Source of the DNA: Mobula birostris
Lineage: Eukaryota
Length of the DNA stretch: 64,000 nt
Reading direction: 5' to 3'
Assembly: GCF_030028105.1 (NCBI RefSeq)
Contig: NC_092372.1
Coordinates: 103,048,687-103,112,686, forward strand
Below the pieces are notes generated by a model. It was not told where the DNA came from. It ran no database searches and saw only the letters and a list, made by a program, of their open reading frames with translations. Made by a program: the position numbers and the translations under genes. This document shows positions 1-12,290 of the stretch, in pieces; the first letter of the stretch is position 1, and each line of letters starts with the position of its first letter.

Positions 1-759
1 AATTTGTGTTTTGAGCTGCATTGGATCCAGAATAACAATTATTTTGTTCTCTTTTACACTTATGTACTGGAAATGACATTGAAAAGCCTTGAAATCAGAG
101 GCATAAACTTCATTTGATGGTTAGCATGCTTTCCTGAGCTACAGAATTTTTAAGCCTGTGAGAAGTAAAGCCCGGAACTGGATTATGAGCATGAAAGAAA
201 TGTGGGTTCATTTTGCACCATATGCTTTGGTCAAGATGAATTTTATACTTCTTTCCAAAAAATTGACAAATAACTCTTCAGAAATCAGAATCATGTTCAA
301 TATCATCGATATAGGTCATGGAATGTGTTAACTTTGCGACAGCAGTGTAATGCAATACATGATAAATGTAGAAAAAAATCTGTGTGTGTCTATATATATT
401 TATTATTTCATTGAGATGGTACTTAACTCCATTCTTTTCATCGTAGCACTTGTTGATATTTGAACAAAGCACAGAAACATTTTGGGGCCTGCTTGCATTC
501 GGCCCCGAAATTGGACCATTGAGTCAACTGACTCTGAGGACCAACGGTATTTGTTTTATAATTAGTTATTCAATTCAGCCGCAGTGTAAGCTTCATTTTC
601 CATTCACTGTTTTTAATCAACGGCCCTGTTTGACCTAGCATTAATTGTTTTCTTTTCCCTCTAACTCTGTTTGCATTAAAGTCTGCGAACAATCAACCTG
701 CTTCAGTGTCTCTCGCTCCGCATTTGGGCCATATCCGAATGTAGCAACATTTATAGCTG

Positions 760-1830
760 CACTGGGACCAGGTTAGATCCTCAGAGATATTGACACACAC
801 GATCTTGAAATTGCTCACTCTCTCCACTTCTGAGCCCTCTATTCGTCACCATCTGAGATTCTACCAACAATGGTTGTATCATCAGCAAATTTATAGATGG
901 TATTTGAGCTCTGCCTAGCCACACAGTCATGGTTGTAGGAGTAGAGCTAAGCACACACTCCTGAGGAGTGCCAATATTGATTAGCTGTGAGGTGAAGATG
1001 TTATTACCAATCTGCACAGACTGTGGTCTTCTGGTTTGGAAGTCGAGGATCCATTTGCAGAGGGAGGTACAGAGGCCCAGGTTTTGTAGTTTTTTGGCAT
1101 AAGTGTAGGAATGAAGGTGCTAAACACCGAGCTATAGCCAATGGGCTGCATTAGGACATAAGCATTTGTACTGTCCAGGTGATTCAAGGTCGCGTGGAGA
1201 TCCACTGAGGTCACACCCTCTGTAGACCTGCTGTGGCAATAAACAAATTGCAGTGGGTCCAAATCCTTGCAGAGGCAGGGATTGAATCTAGCCATGACCA
1301 AACTCTCAAAGCACTTATAAGAGAGAATCTGCAGATGCTGGAAATCAAAGTAATTCACACAAAATGCTGGAGGAACTCAGCAGGCCAAGCAGCAACTATG
1401 GAAAAGAGTAAACTGTCAACGTTTTTGGCTGAGACCCTTCATCTGGACTGGTAAAAGTGATAAGAAGTCAGATTAGAAGGTGCGGGAAGGAGAGGAAGAA
1501 GAACAAGGTAGCATGTGATAGGTGAACCCAGGAGAGAGGAAGGTGAAAAGTAAAGAGCTGGGAAGTCAGTTGGTGAAAGAGCTACAGGGCTGGAGAAGGC
1601 AGAATCTGATTGGAAAGGACGGAAGGTCATGGAAGAAAGAGAAGGGAGAGGAACACCAGAGGGAGGTGATGGGCAGGTAAGGTGAGGGAGGGCAATGGTA
1701 ATGGAGAATGGTGAAGAAGATGGGATGAGGGCACTGCATCAGTGTCGATGTGAGTACTATTGGACAATAGTTGGGAAGGCAGCTCACCCCACTCTTCTTG
1801 GGCACTGGTATAATTGTTGCCCTTCTGACA
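760..1830 (-). mobile_element. Rex1/Babar-like LINE RT fragment interrupted by a Penelope-like tail (~1322-1730)
   Basis: IIPVPKK..CLPNYCPIVLTS and LNHLD...YSSVFSTFIP. The insert has the ctgcagatgctgg...gctggaggaactcagc terminus and purine-rich tract also seen, in the opposite orientation, at 37550-37970. Confidence 0.7.
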
Positions 1831-1948
1831 TTTAACAGAATCACCAGAACACAGGCCAGGCTGGATAAAGGAGATAGATTTCCTTTCCTGTAGAGTACCA
1901 GTGAATGAACTGTGTTTTTAAGCTGATGTGATAGTCTCACAGATATTA

Positions 1949-2450
1949 CATAGAAACATAGAAAACCTATAGCACAATACAGGCCTTTTGGCCCACAAAG
2001 CCCTCTATTTTTCTGAGCTCCATGTACCTGTCCAGGAATCCCTTAAAAGACCCCATCGTATTCGCTTCCACTACTGTCGCCGGCGGCCCATTCCACGCAC
2101 TCACCACTCTGTAAAAACCTTACCCCTGATATCTCCTCTGTACCTACTTCCAAGTAGCTTAAAACTGTGTCCTCTCGTGCGAGCCATTTCCGCCCTGGGA
2201 AAAAAACCTCTGACTATCCACTTGATCAATGTCTCTCATCATCTTATACACCTCTAACAGGTCACCACTCATCCTCTGTCACTCCAAGGAAATAAGGCCA
2301 AGTTCACTCAACCTATTCTCAGAAGGCATGGTCCCCAATCCAGGCCACATCCTTGTAAATCTACTTTGCACCCTTTCCACAGTTTCCACATCCTTCCTAT
2401 AGTGAGGCGACCAGAACTGAGCACAGTACTCCAAGTGGGGTCTGATATAG
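1949..2450 (-). mobile_element. CR1 LINE 3' fragment
   Basis: catagaaacatagaaa tail followed by reverse-complement CR1 ORF2 C-terminal sequence. Confidence 0.8.
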
Positions 2451-3023
2451 CTGCATTAGTGATACAAACTTTTGAATTCTGAATTTGTTTAGTTATGTGG
2501 AGTTAGGTTCTTCAGCTGCCTCGGTGGTGATTTGATCAAGTCTCTGGAGTGGACTCCTCTGAATATTAGCCTGCTAATTTAACCTCTCTGCTCACTTACC
2601 ACATTATATTCCCCATTCCAGGAATATATTTTTGTCAGAGAGTGTATTTATTTTCTGAAATAATTCCTTCTGGCTGAATATTGATGTACAACCAGATGGG
2701 CTGAGACTAAAATTCATCTTCCATCAGGCTCAAATATCCCTGGAAGGTTGCCACTCACTGAAACAACTGTGAGGTTCAATTGATCCAACACTATGTACCA
2801 GGTCACCAGAATGAAAAGCCGAGGGAGTAACTTCCTGATTAAAGCAGAGTATTGTGTTACTTTTTGTAACTCCAAATCATAAAAACTAATTAAAATGAAA
2901 ACAAGAGAGCTGGGGGATACCAGTCTAACTTCACTTTTACATAAAGTGAGGCGAGCACGTATGATGTGGTGGTGTAATGACATAGGCCATTTACATACTT
3001 TTACATATTACACACAATATATG

Positions 3024-5560
3024 ATGTAAACAACAAAGAATGCTTAATCGAACAATATATTTACAATGTTACTCAACTATTTCTGAAATATTAAATACAC
3101 CAGATTGGGTAACTGTAACGTAACAGGCCCCAATGATTTAATTCTGGAGACAGTGTTAGTGAAATTTAATGAATGGTGCATGGATATTTGGTATCTCCTT
3201 TTTTACGTGTGATTAATCAAATTCGGGATTGGAATTCAATCTGCAGTGGTCTTTTTGGAGAATAATTACACTGAGTCCTTCTCTACAACCAGGACATAGT
3301 AGTTCTGTGGTGTTGAAAGGACTGTATCAAAACATAACACATAATTATTGTTAAACAACAGCCGAGAAAGAAAAACAGTTTTTGCCATTGAAGGAACTGT
3401 TGTGTTCAGGAGTAGAATCTTTTGGCTGTCAAGTACTGGTTGTCCAAGATGTGCTTCTGTGATGAATTTTAGATATGCAGCTTAATTTTCTGATTTTCAT
3501 AAACCAATATTGTCAGAGGAATTTCATTTATTAAGCGGGCATTGTGTGGTACCTCCCACAGGACTCATCATCTCTGCTGATGGAGAATTTAAAAAATGAC
3601 TATAAAGGTGAGACACACTTAGAACAGATTATTTCAGTTCATTCCTCCATGCTGTAACATGTTCTACCTGGGAATAGTGTTAATATTTATTGTAATACAT
3701 TTCCAATGATTAGTAGATGGAAGCAAGACACACTTTAAGATACAGAAGCACATGGAATATAAAACAAGTAGGTTTCCTGGAAATCACGTGCTCTCTCACA
3801 CACTGGTTGCACTCTGACAGTGAACTTCCTTCACCCGTGTACATCCCCAAGGGGAGGAGCCACCACGAACCCAGTGACCGCATTTCATTCATCTGGGAAC
3901 TAAACCTTGAACCAGCTCCAGAAAGCCCTGAAGCTGATATTTCATCACACTGGGACAATGTGCACAATGGACACTTGTTGCTGCAGCAAATATTCCAACA
4001 AAAGCTTTAATCCATCAACAATAATATTTTACAACATATATTAGGCTGGTCAGTTCACCATGAGAATTCCTTGCAAGATATCCCCAGCCTGTCACACTCG
4101 CCACTGCTCCACAGCGTGCAGCAAATGTTATTTTTCTCATGTACAAACCGATGGCTGTAAATATCCTGTCAGGTGTGCATGGGACAGGTGGACACATTGG
4201 AAACCGTATTAAATAAATTCCTGGGAATAAAATCAGGAGCAAACCCTAATCCAGACTTGTGGCCAGATCAGAGCGCTGTCCATTCTTCTGTGACCAAAGT
4301 AAACATGAATTCACCTTTTAAGGATCATCCATGGTTGACCAAAGGGGTCCTGATTCAAGTTGGTGAAGGAGAAACAATGTCAGATGGATGCAGGTCAATC
4401 TCACACCATCAAAGAACTGATAAGCACTGGAATTATCATACCCTGTGTAGCCATCTGACTACCTTGTCGAGCTCTGCCTTTGCTTTGATGTAAGCAACAA
4501 AGAATGCTTAATCGAACAATATATTTACAATATTACTCAACTATTTCTGAAATATTAAACACACCAGATTGGGTAACTGTAACGTAACAGGCCCCAATGC
4601 ATTTAATTCTGGAGTGGACATCAGTGTGTCAGTGAAATTTAATGGATGGTGCATGGACATTTGATATCTCCTTTTTTATGTGTAATTAATCAAATTCAGC
4701 ATTGGAATCCGGTGTGCAGTGGTCACCAGTAGTGATAAAATCAATTCACTTCTGGGCACCCCACAGAGATCAACCTAACTCTCCTTGGAGAGTGGTTACA
4801 CTGGGCCCACCTCTGCATCCAGGACAAAGTAGTTCTGTTGTGGTGACAGAACCTGGAACAACAGTTTCTGCCATTGAAGGTACTTTTGATGTTGAGGTGT
4901 AGGAATCTCTTGGCTATCAAGTGCTGGTTGTGTAAGATGTGTTGGTGTGACAAATTTTAGATATGCAGCTTAATTTTCTGATTTTCATAAACCAATATTG
5001 TCAGAGGAATTTCATTTATTAAGCGGGCATTGTGTGGTACCTCCCACAGGACTCATCATCTCTGCTGATGGAGAATTTAAAAAATGACTATAAAGGTGAG
5101 ACACACTTAGAACAGATTATTTCAGTTCATTCTTCCATGCTGTAACATGTTCTACCTGGGAATAGTGTTAATATTTATTGTAATACATTTCCAATGATTA
5201 GTAGATGGAAGCAAGACACACTTTAAGATACAGAAGCACATGGAATATAAAACAAGCAGGTTTCCTGGAAATCACGTGCTCTCTCACACACTGGTTGCAC
5301 TCTGACAGTGAACTTCCTTCACCCGTGTACATCCCCAAGGGGAGGAGCCACCATGAACCCAGTGACCGCATTTCATTCATCTGGGAACTAAACCTTGAAC
5401 CAGCTCCAGAAAGCCCTGAAGCTGATATTGCATCACACTGGGACAATGTGCACAATGGACACTTGTTGCTGCAGCAAATATTCCAGCAAAGGCCTTAAAC
5501 CATCATCCATGATATTTTACACATTAGGCCTGTCAGTTCATCATGAGAATTCCTTGCAAG
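3024..5560 (+). repeat. ~1.5 kb tandem duplication (3024-4080 vs 4488-5560) of a diverged copy of the chemokine-unit upstream region
   Basis: Near-identical ORFs 3717-4010 and 5205-5498; shared start caacaaagaatgcttaatcg. Confidence 0.85.
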
Positions 5561-5564
5561 GTGA

Positions 5565-7830
5565 ACAAAGTTGAAAAGTGTAAATAACAGGACTGGAGGT
5601 GTTGTATCTGAAAGCACACAGAATATGGAATAAGGACTTGCAGCACAGCTGCAGATTGGCAGATATGATGTTGTAGACATCACTGAATCATGGCTGAAAG
5701 ATTATAGCTGGGGGCTTAATGTTCCAAAGATACACATTGTATCAAAAGGACCGGCAGGAAAGCGGGGGGGGGGGGGGGCGGGGCAGCATTAATCTCTTGG
5801 TAAAAAATGAAATCAAAAGAGGTGACATAGGGTTGGAAGATGTTGAATCATTGTGGAAAGAGCTAAGGAATTGCAAGGGTAAAAAGACCATGATGGAAGT
5901 TGCATACAGACCCCCAAACACCTACAAATTACAATGGGAGATAGAAAATGCAATGTTGCAATAGTCACGAGGTACTTCAATATGCAGGCAGATTGGGAAA
6001 ATCAGGTTGGTGCTGGATTCCAAGAGGGGGAGTTTCTAGAGTGCCTACAAGATGGCTTTTTATAGCAACTCGTGGTTGAGCCCACTACAGGATCAACTAT
6101 TCTGGATTGGTTGTTGTGCAATGAACCAGAATTGATTAAGGCAAAAGAGTCCTTAGGGGAAAGTGATCATAATATGATCAAATTCACCCTGAAATTTGAG
6201 AAGGAGAAGCTAACATCAGATGTATCAGTGGAGTAAAGGGAATTATAGATGCAAGAGAGAGGAGTTGGCCAGAATTGACTAGAAAAGAACACTGGCAGGG
6301 AAGATGGCAGAGCAGAAATAGCTGGAATTTCTGGAAGCAATTCAGAAGGCACAGGAAATTTACATCCCAAAGAGGAAAAAGTATTCTAAAGGAAAGATGG
6401 CACAACCATGGCTACCAAGAGAAGTCAAAGCCAACGTAAGAGCCAAAGAGGGCATATAATAGAGCAAATATTAGTGGGATGTTAGAGGATTGAAAAGCTT
6501 TTAAAAACCAGCAAAAGACAATAAAAAAAGTCAATAAGTTATGGAAGGAATACCAAAATAAGCTAGTGAATAATATTAAAGAGGATACGAAAAATTTCTT
6601 CAGATGCATAAAGTGTAAAGGAGAGGCAAGAGTAGATATTGGACCGCTGGGAAATGATGCAGGAGAGGTAGTAATGCGGGACAACAAAATAGTAGATGAA
6701 CTGAATAAGTATTTTGAATCAGTCTTCACTGTGGAAGACACTAACAGTATGGTGGAAGTTCCAGGTATCAGGAGACATGAAGTGTATGAAGTAACCGTAA
6801 GTAGAGAGAAGCTTCTTGGGAAACCGAAAGGTCTGAAGGTGGATAAGTTGCCTGCACTACGTGGTATACACATGAGAGCTCTGAAAGCGGAACCTGAAGA
6901 GATTGTGGAGGTATCAGTAATGATCGTTAAAGAATCACTAGATTCTGGAATGGTTCTAGAAGACCGAAAAGTTGCAAATGTCACTCCACTCTTCAAGAAG
7001 GGAGAGAGGCAGAAGAAAGGAAACTAAAGGCCGGTTATTCTGGCCTCAGTGGTTGCAAAGATGTTGAAGTTGATTATTAAGGATGCGTTCTCAGGGTACT
7101 TAGAGGCATATAATAAAATAGAAATAGTCAGCAAGGGAAAATCTTGCCTGAGAAATCTGTGGAAATAACAAGCAGGATAGATGAAGGAGAATTGATTGAT
7201 GATGTGTACTTGGATTTTCTGAAGGCCTTTGACAAGGTGCCACACATGAGGCTGCATAACAAACCACAAGCCCAAAGTATTACAGGAAAGATTCTAGCAA
7301 GGATAAAGCAGTGGCTGATTGGCAAGAAGCAGAGTGGGAATAAAGGAAACCTTTTCTGGCTGGTTGCCAGTGACAAGTGGTGTTCCACAGGGTCTGTGTT
7401 GGGACTAATTCTTTTACATTGTATGTCAATGATTTGGATGATAGAATTGAAGGCGCTATTGCAAAGTTTGCAGACGATATGAAGATAGGTGGAGGGGCAG
7501 ATGGTTTTGAAGAAGTAGAGAGGCTACAGAAGGATTTAGACAGATTAGGAGAATGGGTAAATAAGTGACAGATGGAGTATAGTGTCAGGAAGTATATGGT
7601 CATGAACTTTGGAAGAAGAAATGAAAGAGTTGACCATTTTCTAAATGGAGAGAAAGTACAATAAAACTGAGATACCTCGGGCATTGGGAGTCCTTGTGCA
7701 GAATACCCTAAAGGGTAATTTGTAGGTTGATTCTATGATTTAGAGTGCAAATATAATGTTAGCATTTATTTCAAGAGGATTAGAATATAAAAACAAGGAC
7801 ATAATGTTGAGCCTTTATAATGCACTGGTG
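5565..7830 (+). mobile_element. Degenerate CR1-type LINE (endonuclease plus RT)
   Basis: AYRPPN, ANVTPLFKKG, YLDFLKAFDKVPH and KFADD in broken frames. Confidence 0.88.
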
Positions 7831-9419
7831 TCTGTACTCAATGGTCCTGAGAAAGATGCTGGTGTCTGATGAGAGAGGATAATCAGGAACAAATCAGGCA
7901 AGAGAGAATGGTAAATCAGGTGGATGGAATAAACTGAAATGGTTGGCCTGGACTGTTCAGTTAATATTGTTACCCTCTAGGAATAGAATGTTTCATGTGT
8001 TATGCTTGTTCATAATAAAGATAAACTTGACACAGTCCCTAGAACTTTATATAACTCAACTGTGAGCTCATATGATTAGGTCATCATCGAAGCTTCCAGC
8101 TCCTGGTGAACCACCTGCATAGCTCACTGGGAAATGAAGTTCTTTATTAAATAAACACTTAATTTCACATCTTCCCCCTTTAAAGAAATGAAAACACAAT
8201 ACTATGTTCTCATAAACATGCATGGAACAATAATCCTATCCAACAAAGTTACCTACATTAACTTCAATTGTAATAAGTGAATACAGACCTTAAACCGCTC
8301 TGCAACTTTCAGTCTCTGAGGTGGTTTAATGATCCTTTAAGGTCTGCTATTTGTTTCCACAGGTGTATTGCTTGCATTTGGTGTCATTCTCAGAACTCTG
8401 ATCAACATGACCATTTTTTTCACATGTGTCTGCCAAGATCCGATCTGTTTGTTTGTGTTCTTGTTCTTGCTGTGTGAGCATAATTTGCTCCACATCCACC
8501 ACAACAGAATCCTGGACTGCATCCATGTTATTAGTGAGCCTTTGTACAAGTTCCAACTGATTCTGTCTCAATTCACAGAGCTCATTCTGTTGAATGCATA
8601 TTATAGCATCTCCTCCTCTTGGTTTTTGTTGAACTGTTGCTGTTGTTCTGTCACTGGGGACTGTGTGGTCTCCTCATCTTCCATTTTACTTTTTCTCTTC
8701 AACTTCAGAGAGAATTGTAGAGATACTGTTGATTTCCTGTCTTTAACTGGAAGTTGATGAGAGACAGATTTTGAACCAAAGATGCACGATGTGGAAGCAA
8801 GACAGGTGACGACTTCATCATGATCACTCTGTTTAGCTCTGGCATCCTGACTGTCATGCTGATGTAGCTGGTGTGAATGTCTATTGAAGGTGGGGTTCTT
8901 GTGCCTCTCTTGCATAACCTCTCTGGAGCTCTCATGGATGCCATTACAAGTGTCTCGAGTTACGTCAGGAAAGCATCCAAGTCCCTCAGATTATGCCACC
9001 ACATACTCTTTCTGAAGTGAAGTATAGGCATCTTTGGTCTGCGAAGCCATTACAAAAATTATTTTCACCAGGTTGAGCTTTTCACATGCATTCAGACCTC
9101 ATGTTTGAAGGTCACTATACATCCCACTTTTCCTAGTACAGCCTGTCACTTTTAACTTCACCGGTTAAATCTTGCTCTTTACTTGTGAGAGTCATGTAAT
9201 CATCCATGGATAACAGATTTACCTGGGCTCTGGTATCAAGCTTGAATGGAATTACAGTCTCACTCACAATCACTGGAACAATCCACACTGCTTTACTAGT
9301 ACCAGCAGTCTGTAGGGATTCCACAAAGTCTTCCTCCATTTCCTTATCAACCATGTGCACCTTTCTCTTGGTAGCTCTAGCTTCACAGCACATAGCATTC
9401 TTCTTCCCACAGTTTTTGC

Positions 9420-10497
9420 TGTCATAAGCAGGGGCGGGGGGGCACTGGGTGCGGACCCAAATGCAAGACACAGACACTGAAGTACTAGGAACAGGACTAA
9501 GACTAGAGTTAGGGACGTGACTGGATGCAGACTAGGAGCTGGGACAAGAACACAGACTTGGGCTAGGACTTTGGCTAGGAGAGCAGGACCTGGACAAAGA
9601 TCTAGGAACTTGGAACCTGGACAAGGACTCTGAGCCAGAGACTGGACAGGGACCCAGAAACTAGGTCTTGAATCGGGCTCGGATCCCAGATCCAGGCAAG
9701 GACAAGTCGTGGCTACAGGGCGAGGAGTGGCAACAGGACTGGACATGAGACTCCTGGACAGGACGAGGGAACCCCAGCACCAGGCTGGGCAAGGTACTAT
9801 TGGCCAGGCAAGGCATATGGACAGGACAAGAACACAAAGCCTTGACTTGGTCAAGGGAGGCAGGAACACAGAGCCAAGGTCGTGAGAGAACAGGAACATG
9901 GAACACAGAGCCAGGACCTAAGGCCAAGGCTCAACACTGAGTCAGGACCCCTCCTAGGGAGCAGGACATAGGGCCAGGACTCATACACAGAACACTGAGA
10001 GACAGATCTCCACTCAAGGTAGCAGAAAACAGCCAGACCTACCCAGCAGAGGCAAGGGCACAAAGAGACAGTTCCCGACACAAGGTAGCAGCAAACAGCC
10101 AGACCTACCTCGCGAAGGCATGGACACAGAAATGGCTCCCAACACAAAGTAGCGGGAAGTGGCCAGACTTACCTAACAAAGGCAAGGACACAAAGAGACA
10201 GTTCCAAACAACAAAAGACAGTTCCTTACTTAGACACAGCAAGGTTCTAGTCTTGCTCCAGCAGTAGAACTTGACAGCGATACAGGTGAGGACACAGGCA
10301 AGGTTGCAGGCAGAAGGGGAAAGGAAGGGATCAGTCCAGCAGCCAAGCCCTGGTCTCCAGAGGTATTTATCTGTCTACCCAAATGAGAATCATATGCCTC
10401 AATTAGAGCACCCAACAGAACAATGGAAAACCTGGAATAGGGATCGATGGACCAGACCGTGAACCAGAATGTGGACTTCACAGACCAGACCATGACA
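9420..10497. mobile_element. Solo-LTR-like element (TGTCA...TGACA) nested in the Gypsy relic
   Basis: Inverted termini, 5-bp TSD TTTGC/ATTGC; shares ggacccaaatgcaagacac with 45904 and 48648. Confidence 0.75.
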
Positions 10498-10834
10498 ATT
10501 GCAGGGCTTTCCATAAGCAGGATACATCCATGGAATGGGACTAGCTCCACATTTGTTGCATTTGCTGCTTGAGTTTGCCTTTTTGCTTTTCTGTTGCTTT
10601 GGGAAACAGCTTGCGCACTAGTCCTCTGTTTTCACACAGGCTCTGTTGGGTTTCCCTGTGCAGCTTCTTAGCTTGTGCTCTTGTGGTCTCTTCTGCCCTA
10701 CACATGTTCACAGCCTTTTCCAGTGACAAATCTTTTTCACGTATCAGTCTTTCTCTGAGCCCTTTATCTGAAGTTCAGCAAACTATTCTGTCTTTAAGTA
10801 GTGAGTTTCTTAAATCTCCAAATTCAGTATCAGA

Positions 10835-11450
10835 ATCAGGTTTATTATCACTGGCATGTGTTGTGAAATTTGTTAACTTAGCAGCAGCAGATCAATGCAA
10901 AACATAATATGGGAGAAGAAGAAATAATAATAAATAAATAAGTAAATTAATTACAGTATGCGTATATTGAATAGATTAAATAAAAAAATGAGGTAGTATT
11001 CATGGGTTCAATGTCCATTTAGGAATCAGGTGGCAGAGGGGAAGAAGCTGTTCCTGAATCACTGGCTGTGTGCCTTCAGACTTCTGTACCTCCTACCTGA
11101 TGACAACAGTGAGAAAAGGGTATGTCCTGGGTCCTGGAGGTCCTTAATAATGGACGCTGCCTTTCTGGGACACCGCTCCTTGAAGATGTTCTGGCTACTT
11201 TGTAGGCTAGTACCCAAGATGGAGCTGACTAAATTTACAACCCTCTGCAGCTTTTTTCGGTCCCGTGTAGTAACCTCCCACCGCCCCTGCCATACCAGAC
11301 AGTGGCAGGATCCTCTCCATGGTGCATCTATAGAGGTTTTTGAGTGTTTTTGTTGACATATCAAACCTCTTTGAACTCCTAATAAAATATACTTGCTGTC
11401 TTGCCTTCTTCATAGCTGCATTGTTAGGACCAGATTAGGTCCTCAGAGAT
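10835..11450 (-). mobile_element. Rex1-like LINE 3' fragment
   Basis: KKARQQVYF...NLYRCTMERIL and KKLQRVV...HTLFSLLSSGRRYRSL. Confidence 0.78.
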
Positions 11451-11742
11451 CATAGGACTTACTCAGTGTGTGTAGCTCAACTAAGTATTGCTCGAAGCTA
11501 GCACCTTCTTTCTGGTTACAGGAAAAAAATACTTAAATATCTCAAAAGTGATATTTTTACTTGGGTCAAAATACTCCTCAAATTTTAACATCAGACTGTC
11601 CAATGTAAGGCTGTCTCATCAACTTGAACGCTGCTTTAGATGTCTAATGCATCTTCACCAATTATGTGCAGAAAAACAGATGCTTTCAATTTTTCATTTG
11701 CCCCTCCTGCTCTACTAGCAGCTAAATATATATTGCATCATT

Positions 11743-12290
11743 AGAAACCATAGAAACCATAGAAACTACAGCACAGAAACAGGCCTTTTGGCCCTTCTTC
11801 GCTGTGCCAAACTATTTTCTGCCAAGTCCCACCGACCTGCACACGGACCATATCTCTCCATACACCTCCCATCCATGTATCTGTCCAATATATTCTTAAA
11901 TGTTAAAAAAGAACCCGCATTTACCACCTCGTCTGGCAACTCATTCCATACTCCCACCACTCTCTGTGTGAAGAAGCCCCCCCTAATGTTCCCTTTAAAC
12001 TTTTCCCCCCTCACCTTTAACCCATGTCCTCTGGTTTTTTTCTCCCCTTGCCTCAGTGGAAAAAGCCTGCTTGCATTCACTCTATCTATACCCATCATAA
12101 TTTTATATACCTCTGTCAAGTCTCCCCTCATTCTTCTACGCTCCAAGGAATAAAGTCCTAACCTATTCAAACTTTCTCTGTAACTGAGTTTCTCAAGTCC
12201 CGGCAACATCCTTGTAAACCCTCTCTGCACTCTTTCAACCTTATTAATATCCTTCCTGTAATGTGGTGACCAAAACTGAACACAATACTT
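11743..12290 (-). mobile_element. CR1 LINE 3' end (same subfamily as 55611-58073)
   Basis: QRGFTRMLPGL...FFTQRVVGVWNELP and a (CCATAGAAA)n tail. Confidence 0.9.
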